Of a DNA stretch of 64,000 nucleotides, positions 20,826 to 30,204 are shown in pieces (the first letter of the stretch is position 1; every line of letters begins with the position of its first letter). A program made the translations under genes and the position numbers. The stretch is from Candidatus Marinacidobacterium sp. (GTDB lineage: Bacteria; Acidobacteriota; Vicinamibacteria; Marinacidobacterales; Marinacidobacteraceae). Location: assembly GCA_965202845.1 (NCBI GenBank), contig OZ241856.1, forward strand, positions 1,155,886 through 1,219,885, written 5' to 3'. Under the pieces are notes generated by a model. It was not told the DNA's origin, ran no database searches, and was given only the letters and a program-made list of their open reading frames with translations.

Positions 20826-21601
20826 TTTCCCGCGTTTGGGTCTTCGTCGCCCTGCTCGCGTCCCTGGCCGCCTGCGGCGCGCGGGAATTGACCCAGGTTC
20901 CCGCCGGCGCCCAGGCCGACCGCCGCCTGCTGGCGCTGGGGCAGGAAGCCCTGGAGGAGCGGGACTGGGAGACCGCGCGCACGTACTTCCGCCAGTTGCT
21001 GGACAGCTACCCGCGCAGTCAATTCGCCGGAGACGCCCGTCTCGGGATCGCGGACACCTACTACAACCAGCGGGGCGCCCAGAACGCGCTGCTGGCCACC
21101 ACCGAATTCCGCGACTACCTGACGTTCTTCCCGAACCACCCGCGCGCCGACTACGCCCAGTACCGCATCGCCTACGGGCACTACCGCCGGCGGCGCGGCG
21201 CCGACCGCGACCAGGAGGAGACCCGGCTGGCGGTGGAGGAATTCCAGAAGTTGCTGGACCTGTATCCCAACTCGCGGTACGCGGAGGAGGCGCAGGGGTA
21301 TCTGACCGAATGTCGGGACGAGCTGGCGAACGCGATGCTGCAAGTGGCCGAGTTCTACCAGGACCAGCGCGGCTGGTGCCGGGGAGCGATCCCCCGCCTC
21401 GAGGAGATTCTCGAAAGCTGGCCGGAGTTCACCCGCGCCGACGAGACCCGGATGCGGCTGGGGCGCGCGCTCATCGACTGCGGGCGGAAACCCGAGGCGC
21501 TGGTCCATTTCCAGCGGGTCGTCGAGGACACTCCCGACAGCCCGTTTGCGAACGACGCCCGGGAGCGGATCCGCGCCCTGCTCGCCGAACGGGAACCCTG
21601 A
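20822..21601 (+). CDS. bamD: outer membrane protein assembly factor BamD (TPR-like lipoprotein)
   Basis: Lipobox LLASLAACG. BamD/YfiO-type TPR sequence (...ARLGIADTYYNQRGAQNALLATTEFRDYLTFFPNHPRADYAQYRIA...). The ATG overlaps the rpe stop (ATGA). Confidence 0.8.
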   Translation: MISRVWVFVALLASLAACGARELTQVPAGAQADRRLLALGQEALEERDWETARTYFRQLLDSYPRSQFAGDARLGIADTYYNQRGAQNALLATTEFRDYLTFFPNHPRADYAQYRIAYGHYRRRRGADRDQEETRLAVEEFQKLLDLYPNSRYAEEAQGYLTECRDELANAMLQVAEFYQDQRGWCRGAIPRLEEILESWPEFTRADETRMRLGRALIDCGRKPEALVHFQRVVEDTPDSPFANDARERIRALLAEREP

Positions 21602-21606
21602 CCGAA

Positions 21607-21945
21607 TCAGGGCTTCCGGCTGCCCGGCCCGATCACCCGGCATCGACGGAGCGCGTCCCCACAGTGCGCCAGCGCCCGCGGCCCCGCCGCCACGACCAGG
21701 TCCCCGGCGACCAGCTCCCGGAGGAGCCAGTCCTCCGCTTCCGGCAGATCGCCGCTTGCAATCGCGATGCCCACCACCGGCCAGCCCGACATCAAGCCGC
21801 CGTCGAAACGCGCCGCCACCATCTTCCGCAGCCCGCCCTCCACCGGACGCAGGCCGAATACATCGACCTGGCCGCGCCGCTTCTCCCCGTGGAGGAACCC
21901 GCGGGTTCCGTCGAGCGCCGCCCGGACCTCAGACCCGAAGAACAC
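21607..21945 (-). CDS. hypothetical protein, possibly a truncated CinA-like molybdopterin-binding (MoCF) domain
   Basis: Short ORF directly downstream of pgsA. It has only weak resemblance to the CinA N-domain (EVFFGSEV...PVVGIAIASGDLPEAEDWLLRELVAGDLVVAAG). It abuts bamD, so it is likely truncated. The GTG start is an assumption. Confidence 0.25.
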   Translation of the reverse strand: MFFGSEVRAALDGTRGFLHGEKRRGQVDVFGLRPVEGGLRKMVAARFDGGLMSGWPVVGIAIASGDLPEAEDWLLRELVAGDLVVAAGPRALAHCGDALRRCRVIGPGSRKP

Positions 21946-21979
21946 TTCGGGCGTCCGGGAGAGCAGACGCCGCCTTCGG

Positions 21980-22513
21980 TCAACTTGCGGTGGGGAAGAT
22001 GCGCGCGCGCCGGTAGTAGACAAATCCGGACCAGAGGGTGATGGCGGTGGCGATCCAGAGCCCGAGGATGCCGATCGGCGCGAACGGGGCGTGCCAGGCG
22101 CCGAGCAGCACCAGCATGACGGCGTAGACTTGCACGTGCATCTTGGCTTTCCCGAAGGAGTTCACCGGGACGCTCTCCCCGCGCTCCAGGGCGATCATCC
22201 GCAGCGCGGTCACCGCGAACTCGCGGCCGACGATGGCGATCGCCACCCAGGTCGGGCTCAGCCCGCGGGCCACCAGGCAGATGAAGATGGTGGAGATCAG
22301 GAACTTGTCGGCGATCGGGTCCAGCAGGACGCCGAGCGGGGTGACCTGATTCCTGCGACGCGCGAGATACCCGTCCAGCAGGTCGGTGAGCGCGAGGGCC
22401 CCGATCAGCAGGATGCTCGCCAGCTGCCACAGGGGCCATTCCGCGACGAGGAGAACCGCCACCGCCGGCGTGAGTACAATGCGCAGGACGGTGAGCCGGT
22501 TCGGAAGGTTCAT
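21980..22513 (-). CDS. pgsA: CDP-diacylglycerol--glycerol-3-phosphate 3-phosphatidyltransferase
   Basis: CDP-alcohol phosphatidyltransferase motif DLLDGYLARRRNQVTPLGVLLDPIADK, membrane protein. Start MNLPNRLTVLRI. Confidence 0.85.
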   Translation of the reverse strand: MNLPNRLTVLRIVLTPAVAVLLVAEWPLWQLASILLIGALALTDLLDGYLARRRNQVTPLGVLLDPIADKFLISTIFICLVARGLSPTWVAIAIVGREFAVTALRMIALERGESVPVNSFGKAKMHVQVYAVMLVLLGAWHAPFAPIGILGLWIATAITLWSGFVYYRRARIFPTAS

Positions 22514-22605
22514 GCGGTGGGCGTCCGGCCGCTCCCGGCGCCGGGGATAAGAGTGTATCAACGCCGACCGCGCCTCCCGTCCGCTTCCAAATTCCCTGAT
22601 TTTCC

Positions 22606-23685
22606 ATGAAGGCGGTCCTGCTGATCGGCGGCAAGGCGGAGCGGATGCGTCCGCTCACCAGCGGGCGCCCCAAGGCGATGACGCCGCTGATGGCCCAGCC
22701 CTTCCTGCGGACGCAGATCGAGCTGTTGCGGGTCGCCGGAATCACCGACATCGTGCTCTGCCACGCGGCGACGCCCCGGCGGATGGCCGCCGTCTTCGGC
22801 GACGGCCAGTCGCTGGGAGCGCGCCTGACCTGGTCCATCGAGAGCCGGCCGCTGGGCACCGGAGGCGCGCTCGGACTCGCCCGTTCCCGGCTCGCCGAAC
22901 CCTTCGTGTGCCTCAATGGGGACATCCTGACCGACTTGGACATCCGGGGACTCGCGGATGCCCGGGAGGCGGCGGGCCCGATGCTCACCCTCGCCGTCAC
23001 CCGGGTCCGGGACGCCTCGTCCTACGGAACGGTCCGGACCGGATCCGGATCGACGGTCATCGGATTCGACGAGAAAGCCGCGGCGGCCGGATCTCCGGGA
23101 GACATAAGCCTCGGCGCCTACGCGATGACCCCGGAGATCTTCGATCTGATTCCGCCGGACCGGCCGGTCTCGCTCGAAACCGAAGTGTTCCCGGCGGCGG
23201 TCGCCTCCGGGCGCCGCCGGGTCACCGCCTTTCGGCACGAGGGGTACTTCACGGACGTCGGCGTCCCTGCCCGCTACCTCCAGGCGCACCGGGACGTGCT
23301 CGCCGGGCGCATGCGGATTCCGGGAATGGCCAAGCCGAATCCCGGCGGCCTGATCGTGCATCCGACCGCCGCCGTGCATCCGACCGCCCGACTGATCGGT
23401 CCGGGCCTTTTGGGGCCCGGCGCCCGGGTCGCCGCCGCCGCCACCCTGGGGCCGGGAACGGTGCTGGGCCGGAGAGTGCGGGTGGAGAAGGGGGCGGTCG
23501 TCGAGGATTCGGTGCTGTGGGCCGACACCCGGGTGGGCGAGGGGGCGGTCGTGCGCCATTCGGTGCTCTGCGCCAACGCCTTCATCGGCCCCGACGCCCG
23601 GGTGGAGCGGGCGATCCTCGGCGACAAGAGCACGATCGCCGCCTCGAGCGCGCTGTCGTGTCCCTCCCTGACGTGCCCCACCTGA
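22606..23685 (+). CDS. sugar-phosphate nucleotidyltransferase (mannose-1-phosphate guanylyltransferase-like) with a C-terminal left-handed beta-helix
   Basis: N-terminus MKAVLLIGGKAERMRPLTSGRPKAMTPL (G-x-G-x-R nucleotide-binding loop). C-terminal hexapeptide repeats. Confidence 0.8.
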   Translation: MKAVLLIGGKAERMRPLTSGRPKAMTPLMAQPFLRTQIELLRVAGITDIVLCHAATPRRMAAVFGDGQSLGARLTWSIESRPLGTGGALGLARSRLAEPFVCLNGDILTDLDIRGLADAREAAGPMLTLAVTRVRDASSYGTVRTGSGSTVIGFDEKAAAAGSPGDISLGAYAMTPEIFDLIPPDRPVSLETEVFPAAVASGRRRVTAFRHEGYFTDVGVPARYLQAHRDVLAGRMRIPGMAKPNPGGLIVHPTAAVHPTARLIGPGLLGPGARVAAAATLGPGTVLGRRVRVEKGAVVEDSVLWADTRVGEGAVVRHSVLCANAFIGPDARVERAILGDKSTIAASSALSCPSLTCPT

Positions 23686-25079
23686 CCGCTGCCGAACGCG
23701 GTCTCTTCAAGTCCTACGACATCCGGGGACCGTCTCCCGTTCCCCTCTCGGCGGCGCTCGCCGGGCGGATCGGGGAAGCGTTCGCCCATTGGCTCGGCGG
23801 CGGCGTGGTCGGCGTGGGCCGGGACATGCGGAAGACCAGCCCCGCGCTGGCGCGGGAATTCGCCGCCGGGCTGCGGCGCGGCGGCGCATCGGTCGCCGAC
23901 TGCGGCATGCTCGCCACCGACGCGATGTGGTTCGCGGTGCAAGAGCGCCAGCTCGACGGCGGCGCGATGGTCACCGCATCCCACAACCCGCCGACCGACA
24001 ACGGGATCAAGCTGGTGGCGCGAAACGCCGCGCCGGTCTTCCAGGGCAATGGTCTCCCGCGCATCCAGGAGCTGGTGGACGCCCCGGAACTCCCCGCCGG
24101 AGCGAAACCGGCGGCGGGCGCCGTCCAGCGCCTGGACATCGCAGACGCCTACCTTCGCTTCCTTGAGGAGCAGATCCGAATCCGGCCCTTTCCCTCGCTC
24201 CGGGTCGTCCTGGATGCTGGCAACGGCATGGGGGGGCTGATGGCGGAGCGGTTGTTCGCCCGGCTTCCCGGCGCGTGGATCCCCATGCATTTCCGCCCGG
24301 ACGGCGCCTTTCCGAACCACGGGGGCAACCCGCTGCAACCGGAAAACCGCGCCGAGCTGGCCGCCAGGGTGCGCGCCGAGCGGGCCGACTTCGGGGTTCT
24401 CTGGGACGGCGACGCCGACCGCTGCGCCTTCGTTGACGACCGGGGCGCCTTCGTGCCCGGCGACTTCGCCACCGCCCTTCTGGCGCCCGCCGAGATCGCC
24501 CGCGCCCCGGGCGGGGCGGTGGTCTTCGATCTCCGCTCCTCCCGCGCGGTCCCGGAGGCGATCCTTGAAGCGGGCGGCCGCCCCTGCCCCAACCGGGTCG
24601 GCCACGCCTGGATGAAGCAGCGCATGCGCAAGGAGGACGCCTGCTTCGGCGGCGAACTCAGCGGCCACTTCTACTTTCCGGCTACCGGCCACGCCGACAA
24701 CGCGCTCCTTCCCGTCCTGCGCATGGGGGAGCGGATCGCCGCCGCCGGACGGCCGCTTTCGGAACTGGCGGACGCGCTCCGGCGCCGCCACTTCACCCTG
24801 GACGAGATCAGCATCCGCGTCCCCTCCCCCGCCGCCGCCCTCTTGCGAATCTGCGCCGCCTTCCCGGACGCGAAGCCGGATCGCACCGACGGGGTGACGC
24901 TGGATTTCCCCGATTGGCGCTTCACCCTGCGCCCCTCGAACACCGAACCGGTCCTCCGGCTGACCCTGGAAGCCTTCCGGCCCGGCCTCGCCGAGGCCTG
25001 CCGGGACCGCATCCTCGAGTTGCTCCGGGAATCCGCCGATGCGGACGGCTACAATCCCGCCCCGGTCGTGCGGGTGTAG
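23658..25079 (+). CDS. phosphomannomutase/phosphoglucomutase
   Basis: FKSYDIRG..., the active-site Ser motif TASHNP, and the GDGDADR and GGELSGH motifs. GTG start at 23658, or at 23673. Confidence 0.85.
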   Translation: MSLPDVPHLTAAERGLFKSYDIRGPSPVPLSAALAGRIGEAFAHWLGGGVVGVGRDMRKTSPALAREFAAGLRRGGASVADCGMLATDAMWFAVQERQLDGGAMVTASHNPPTDNGIKLVARNAAPVFQGNGLPRIQELVDAPELPAGAKPAAGAVQRLDIADAYLRFLEEQIRIRPFPSLRVVLDAGNGMGGLMAERLFARLPGAWIPMHFRPDGAFPNHGGNPLQPENRAELAARVRAERADFGVLWDGDADRCAFVDDRGAFVPGDFATALLAPAEIARAPGGAVVFDLRSSRAVPEAILEAGGRPCPNRVGHAWMKQRMRKEDACFGGELSGHFYFPATGHADNALLPVLRMGERIAAAGRPLSELADALRRRHFTLDEISIRVPSPAAALLRICAAFPDAKPDRTDGVTLDFPDWRFTLRPSNTEPVLRLTLEAFRPGLAEACRDRILELLRESADADGYNPAPVVRV

Positions 25080-25142
25080 CTCAGTCGGTAGAGCACGAGC
25101 TTCCCAAGCTCGGGGTCGCGGGTTCGAGCCCCGTCGCCCGCT
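25070..25142 (+). tRNA. tRNA-Gly (anticodon CCC)
   Basis: Manual cloverleaf: acceptor GCGGGTG/CGCCCGC; D-arm GCTC/GAGC; anticodon stem CGAGC/GCTCG with loop TTCCCAA; T-arm GCGGG-TTCGAGC-CCCGT; discriminator T. No encoded CCA. Confidence 0.85.
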
Positions 25143-25161
25143 CGCCCCTCCCCTCCATTTC

Positions 25162-25185
25162 CCTGCCATTTTTCCTGCCATTTTT
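25162..25185. repeat. perfect 12-bp tandem repeat CCTGCCATTTTT x2, 20 bp downstream of tRNA-Gly
   Basis: Direct reading of the sequence. Preceded by a related CCATTTCC. Confidence 0.6.
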
Positions 25186-25206
25186 CCCTGACAGTCCCGA
25201 GAACCG

Positions 25207-25680
25207 ATGCCCCTATTCTCCCGATCCAAGGCGGAAGGCGACGAGCCCGCGCCATCTGCGGAAACCGTTCCGCCTCCCGCCGCCGCCATCCCGTCGGCGG
25301 TCCCCACAGTCGCTTCCCCGAACGGCCCCCGCCCCACCTGCTTCGGACCGGAGCTCCGGGTGAAGGGCGAGGTGGTCTCCCGCGAGGACGTCCTGGTCCA
25401 GGGGTTCGTCAGCGGCCGGATCGAGTCGGACGCCCAGGTGGTGATCCAGCCTTCCGGGCGCATCCAGGCCGACGTGTCGGCGCGGCGGATTGAAGTCCAC
25501 GGCTCGGTTGTGGGGGATCTGGTGGCGACCGAAGCGGTGGTGCTGGGCGCCGAAGCCCGTCTCACCGGGAACATCGCCGCTCCCAGCGTGGCGGTGAGCC
25601 GGGGCGCCATCTTCCACGGCTTCACCCGGACCGAACAGACGCCCGCCACCGCCGCCGAGGCGCCGGAGGACGATTCGTGA
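25207..25680 (+). CDS. bactofilin family cytoskeletal protein
   Basis: Beta-helical DUF583/bactofilin core ([54 protein letters not shown]...) flanked by disordered tails. Confidence 0.75.
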   Translation: MPLFSRSKAEGDEPAPSAETVPPPAAAIPSAVPTVASPNGPRPTCFGPELRVKGEVVSREDVLVQGFVSGRIESDAQVVIQPSGRIQADVSARRIEVHGSVVGDLVATEAVVLGAEARLTGNIAAPSVAVSRGAIFHGFTRTEQTPATAAEAPEDDS

Positions 25681-26792
25681 TCATCGGGACGGTCCGGGAG
25701 ATCAAGGACACCGAAAATCGGGTCGGGCTGGTGCCCGGCGGAGTGGGCACGCTGACGGCGGCCGGCCACCAGGCGCTGGTGGAAGCGGGGGCCGGCGTCG
25801 GCAGCGGCATCACCGACAAGCAGTTCGAAGCGGCCGGCGCCCGCATCGTGGACACCCGGGAGGAGGTGTTCGCCACTGCGGACATGGTGGTGAAGGTCAA
25901 GGAAGTCCTTCCGGAGGAGGTGAATCTGCTGCGGGAGGATCAGATCCTCTTCACCTATCTGCACCTGGCGGCGCTTCCCGAACTCACCGAACAGCTGGTG
26001 GGCCGCGGCGTCAACGCGGTGGCCTACGAAACCATCACCGCGCCGGACGGCAGCCTGCCGCTGCTGACGCCGATGAGCGAAATCGCCGGTCGGATGTCCA
26101 TCCAGGAAGGCGCCCACCACCTGCACCGGGGGTGCGGCGGCTCCGGCATCCTGCTCGGCGGCGTGCCCGGCGTGCCGCGCGGCCGGACGGTGATCATCGG
26201 CGGCGGGGTCGTGGGACTGAACGCCGCGAAGATGGCGGTCGGACTCGGTTCCGAGGTCGTCATCATCGAAAAGAGCGTCCCCCGGATGCGCTATCTCGAC
26301 GACATCTTCGGAAGCCGGGTCTCAACCCTCATGTCGAGCCGGATCACCCTGGAGGAAGCCCTCGCCGAAGCCGACCTGGTGATCGGCGCGGTGCTGGTGC
26401 CGGGGGCCTCGGCTCCCCGGGTGATCTCCCGGGACATGCTGGGGGGCATGCGTCCCGGGGCGGTCCTGGTGGATGTGGCGGTGGACCAGGGCGGATGCGC
26501 CGAAACCACCCGCCCGACCACCCATTCCCGGCCCACCTACCGGGTGGATCAGGTGGTGCACTACGCCGTCGCCAACATGCCGGGCGCGATGCCGCGCACG
26601 TCCACCTTCGCGCTGACCAACGTGACGCTCGACTACGCCCTGCGGATCGCCAGTCTGGGACTGCGCGAAGCGGCGGAACGGGACCCCGGCCTGTATCCCG
26701 GCGTCAACACCTGGCGGGGCCATCTGACGTCGGCGCCGGTCGCCAAGTCCCAGGATCGGGAGTGGACCGAACTCCGGACTCTCTTTCGGTAG
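25677..26792 (+). CDS. ald: alanine dehydrogenase
   Basis: [20 protein letters not shown]... with the Rossmann motif [13 protein letters not shown]. The GTG start overlaps the bactofilin stop (GTGA). Confidence 0.9.
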   Translation: MIIGTVREIKDTENRVGLVPGGVGTLTAAGHQALVEAGAGVGSGITDKQFEAAGARIVDTREEVFATADMVVKVKEVLPEEVNLLREDQILFTYLHLAALPELTEQLVGRGVNAVAYETITAPDGSLPLLTPMSEIAGRMSIQEGAHHLHRGCGGSGILLGGVPGVPRGRTVIIGGGVVGLNAAKMAVGLGSEVVIIEKSVPRMRYLDDIFGSRVSTLMSSRITLEEALAEADLVIGAVLVPGASAPRVISRDMLGGMRPGAVLVDVAVDQGGCAETTRPTTHSRPTYRVDQVVHYAVANMPGAMPRTSTFALTNVTLDYALRIASLGLREAAERDPGLYPGVNTWRGHLTSAPVAKSQDREWTELRTLFR

Positions 26793-26795
26793 CGG

Positions 26796-27566
26796 ATGCA
26801 GGCGCCGGCCGCCGGTCGGGAGGCGACAGCCCGTCTGGATCCGCCGGCGGACGGCCCCGCCAACATGGGGCGGGACGCGGCGATGCTCACCGCTGCGGTC
26901 CAAGGGGCGCCGCCCGCGCTCCGGCTCTACGGCTGGGACCGGCCCGCCCTGACCGTCGGCTGCCGCCAGGATGTCTCCGGCATCCTGGCGTTGGCGTCGC
27001 TCCGCCGGAGGCGCATCGCCTGGACGCGCCGCCCCACCGGCGGCCGGGCGCTCCTGCATCTGCCGGACGAACTGACGTACGCGGTGGCCGCGCCGCGCGG
27101 AGCCTGCAGCGGCGTGCGGAGCGCCTACGTCCGGGTCATGCGAATCCTCTGGTCGGCCCTCTCCGCGTTCCTTCCCCTCGACCCGCCGCCGACCACCAGC
27201 GGCAGCCGCGACCGGGACCCGGCGCGGCTTCCCTGTCTGGCGGTGACGACCGGCCACGAGATCACCGCCGGAGGGCGCAAGCTGGTTTCCGGAGCGCAGC
27301 GCTGGTCCCGGGGCGCGTTCCTCCAGCACGGCTCGATCCCGTGGACCCTCCGCAGGGAGCTGGTGAACGAGATGGCCGGACTGCCGCCGGACCACCCCCT
27401 GCCGGCGACCGGAGTCGCGGAGCTGACTCCCGATCCCCCTTCGCGCGAGGCGGTCGCCCAGGCCCTCGTCCGCGCCTTCCGCGCCGATTTCGCCCAGGAT
27501 GATCCGCTTCCGGCGCATCCGCCAGCTCCTCTTCCGAAAGGCCGGGAAGCGGCGTCGCTGTGCTAG
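26796..27566 (+). CDS. lipoate--protein ligase / octanoyltransferase family protein (BPL/LPL catalytic domain)
   Basis: [17 protein letters not shown]..., HLPDELTY and [22 protein letters not shown] resemble LplA/LipB-family motifs. Confidence 0.6.
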   Translation: MQAPAAGREATARLDPPADGPANMGRDAAMLTAAVQGAPPALRLYGWDRPALTVGCRQDVSGILALASLRRRRIAWTRRPTGGRALLHLPDELTYAVAAPRGACSGVRSAYVRVMRILWSALSAFLPLDPPPTTSGSRDRDPARLPCLAVTTGHEITAGGRKLVSGAQRWSRGAFLQHGSIPWTLRRELVNEMAGLPPDHPLPATGVAELTPDPPSREAVAQALVRAFRADFAQDDPLPAHPPAPLPKGREAASLC

Positions 27567-27588
27567 CCTCCCGCGCCCACCGAAGCCG

Positions 27589-28209
27589 ATGTCCACCACC
27601 GAGGAAGCCGCCGTCGCGCCCGAGGAGGCCGACGAGGAGGCGACGACCGGGGACATCGACGAAGTCAGGGAGGCGCTTGAGCGCGCCGAGCGCGAGGCGG
27701 TCGCAGCCAAGGACCTGGCGCGGCGCGCCCAGGCCGACCTTGCGAACGTGAGGCGACGCGCCGAAACCGAGCGGCGCGCCATCCGCTCCCGGCTGCTCGG
27801 CGAGATCGGAACCGGGTTCCTCCCGGTTCTGGATGACCTGGAGCGGGCGGTGGCGGAGGTGGAGCGCCATGCAGCCGCCGAAGAGAGCGCCGATTCGGCT
27901 TCCGGGGCGGTCGCCACCGGGGTGCGCCTCGTCCTGCGGCGTTTCGAGGAGACGCTGGAGCGGCACGGCTTCACCGAGGTGAGGGCGCTCGGCGAGTCGT
28001 TCGATCCGGCGCTCCACGAAGCGGCGCAGCAGACCCCGCTGGAGGACGGACAGCAGGACGGGGAGGTGATCGGGGTCTTCCAGCGCGGCTACCTGCTCGA
28101 GGGAAGGCTGGTCCGGCCAGCGACCGTGGTGGTCGCGGTCGCGCCCGACGGCGCGGAATCGCCGCCCGCCGAAAACGGATCGGCGGCGGAAGCCTCCGCC
28201 GAGGACTGA
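27589..28209 (+). CDS. grpE: nucleotide exchange factor GrpE
   Basis: Coiled-coil N-terminal part followed by ...RRAETERRAIRSRLLGEIGTGFLPVLDDLERA...GFTEVRALGESFDPALHEA... and a C-terminal beta-domain. Confidence 0.85.
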   Translation: MSTTEEAAVAPEEADEEATTGDIDEVREALERAEREAVAAKDLARRAQADLANVRRRAETERRAIRSRLLGEIGTGFLPVLDDLERAVAEVERHAAAEESADSASGAVATGVRLVLRRFEETLERHGFTEVRALGESFDPALHEAAQQTPLEDGQQDGEVIGVFQRGYLLEGRLVRPATVVVAVAPDGAESPPAENGSAAEASAED

Positions 28210-28232
28210 AGGCGGCGCCGCCCGGGGAGGCC

Positions 28233-29420
28233 ATGCCCACGGAGACCGCCCGCCGGGACTATTACGAGGTCCTGGGGGTGAACCGCACGGCTTCGCCCGA
28301 TGAGATCAAGCGGGCGTACCGGAAGCTGGCGGTTCGTTTCCACCCCGACAAGAATCCGGGAGACCGCGCCGCCGAAGAGTCCTTCAAGGAGGCTTCCGAG
28401 GCCTACGGGGTGCTGGGCGACCAGGAGAAGCGCGCCCGCTACGACCGCTTCGGACACGCCGGGGTCAGCGGCGCCGGCCAGACGGTGAACCGGGAAATTT
28501 TCGAGGATTTCCAGGACATCTTCCGGGGCGGAAGCGGAATCTTCGAGATGTTCGGGGACATGTTCGGCGGATCCGCCGGACGGCGCTCCGGCCCGGCCCG
28601 GGGCGGCGACATCCAGGTGCGCCTTTCGATGGACTTCACCGACCCGGTCGAGGAGCGGGAGGAACGCATCCTGGTTCCCCGCCAGGAGGCCTGCGAGGAC
28701 TGCCGCGGCAGCGGCGGCGCCGAAGGCGCGCAGCCCATCGTCTGCGGACGCTGCGGGGGCAGCGGTCAGGAGACCCTCGCGCGCGGATTCATGGTCCTGC
28801 GGCAAACCTGTTCCGGATGCCGGGGCGCGGGGCGAATCAACCGGAACCCCTGCCGCGCCTGCGGCGGAGAGGGCTTGCGTCCCCGGGAACGCGAAGTCAC
28901 GGTGCGCATCCCGGCGGGAATCGACGACGGCAACCAGCTGCGGATTCCCGGCGCCGGAGAACCGGGACTGCGCGGCGGGCCGCCGGGAGACCTGTACGTC
29001 ATCGTGCAGATCCGCCCCCATCCCGAACTGCGACGGGACGGCCCGAATGTCCTGGGGGAGCTTTCGGTGAGCTTCCCGGAAGCGGCGCTGGGCGCGGTCA
29101 AGGAGGTCGAAACGGTCCGGGGGCGGGAATCGCTCCGCATCCCGGCGGGGAGCCAGCCGGGGAGCCGGCTGCGCCTCCGCAACCGGGGCTTTCCGGTGCT
29201 GCGAAGCCGCAGCCACGGCGATCACGTGGTGCGGCTCCACATCCAGGTGCCCCGCCGCCTGAGCCGCGCCGAGCGCAACGCCGTCGAAAGGCTGGCGGAC
29301 GCGATGCGGGGGGACTCCGGGAAGGCCGAAGACGGGGACTCCGACTTCGCGGGTTCCGAATCCGCCGCGCCGGAAAAGAAAGCGGAGCGACCATCGTTCC
29401 TGAATCGACTGTTCTCGTGA
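28233..29420 (+). CDS. dnaJ: molecular chaperone DnaJ
   Basis: J-domain (DYYEVLGV...HPDKN). G/F-rich region. Four CxxCxGxG zinc-finger repeats. C-terminal domain. Confidence 0.9.
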   Translation: MPTETARRDYYEVLGVNRTASPDEIKRAYRKLAVRFHPDKNPGDRAAEESFKEASEAYGVLGDQEKRARYDRFGHAGVSGAGQTVNREIFEDFQDIFRGGSGIFEMFGDMFGGSAGRRSGPARGGDIQVRLSMDFTDPVEEREERILVPRQEACEDCRGSGGAEGAQPIVCGRCGGSGQETLARGFMVLRQTCSGCRGAGRINRNPCRACGGEGLRPREREVTVRIPAGIDDGNQLRIPGAGEPGLRGGPPGDLYVIVQIRPHPELRRDGPNVLGELSVSFPEAALGAVKEVETVRGRESLRIPAGSQPGSRLRLRNRGFPVLRSRSHGDHVVRLHIQVPRRLSRAERNAVERLADAMRGDSGKAEDGDSDFAGSESAAPEKKAERPSFLNRLFS

Positions 29421-29442
29421 GCCGTCGCCCCAGCGTTCCCGC

Positions 29443-30192
29443 GTGAAACTTCGGACGGGGGGACGCGCGCACCGGTTTTTTGTTCCCTCCGCCGCGCCCG
29501 GGGCGTCCTGCGTGCTGGATGCGACCGAGTCGGCGCGCGCCCGGCGGGTGCTGCGGCTGTCCGAAGGGGCGGCGATCCAGGTGTTCGACGGGAGGGGCGG
29601 CGCATTCCGCGCCACCCTGAGCGGCTCGGCGCCCGGAGGCCGGGTGCGGATCGCCTGCGCGGACCCGCTGCCCGCTCCGGAACCCATCGTCCGGCTGACC
29701 GTCGGCGTCGCCATCCTGAAGGGCGACGGCATGACGGCGATCGTGCGCCAGCTTGCCGAACTCGGGGTGGATCGGGTGAGGCCGCTGCTCACCGAACGCT
29801 CGGAGGGGCGGACCTCCGCCTCCCGCCAAAGACGCTGGCAGAGCGCCGCGCTCGCCGGAACCCGGCAGTGCGGCGGCGCCCTGGTTCCGGACGTGGAGGC
29901 CCCCGTCCGCCTGACCGACTGGATGACGGAGCCGCTGCCGGAGGCGCGCTTCATCGCCCTGCCCGGCGACGCCGCCGCGTCCGGGACGGCATCCGGGCGC
30001 TGGCGATACGCAGGGAACCGGGTCGCGCTGGCGGTCGGTCCGGAAGGCGGATTCAGCCCGGCGGAGGCGGAGGCGGCCCGCACCCGCGGATGGCGCCCGC
30101 TGCGCCTGGGAAACCGGGTGCTCCGCACCGGCACCGCTGCGGCGACTGCCGCCGCGCGCATCCTGATTCCGGTCTCCCTTCCGGGCCGGTAG
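29443..30192 (+). CDS. rsmE: 16S rRNA (uracil1498-N3)-methyltransferase RsmE
   Basis: RsmE/DUF558 pattern (HRFFVP...LAVGPEGGFSPAE...). Located directly downstream of dnaJ, as in many genomes. Confidence 0.8.
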   Translation: MKLRTGGRAHRFFVPSAAPGASCVLDATESARARRVLRLSEGAAIQVFDGRGGAFRATLSGSAPGGRVRIACADPLPAPEPIVRLTVGVAILKGDGMTAIVRQLAELGVDRVRPLLTERSEGRTSASRQRRWQSAALAGTRQCGGALVPDVEAPVRLTDWMTEPLPEARFIALPGDAAASGTASGRWRYAGNRVALAVGPEGGFSPAEAEAARTRGWRPLRLGNRVLRTGTAAATAAARILIPVSLPGR

Positions 30193-30204
30193 CATCGTTT
30201 CCGG

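Noticed and set aside
27540-27588. CIRCE/HrcA operator upstream of grpE (GTGCTAG fragment at about 27560)
   Set aside because: Only one partial half-site is present, with no inverted partner at 9-bp spacing.
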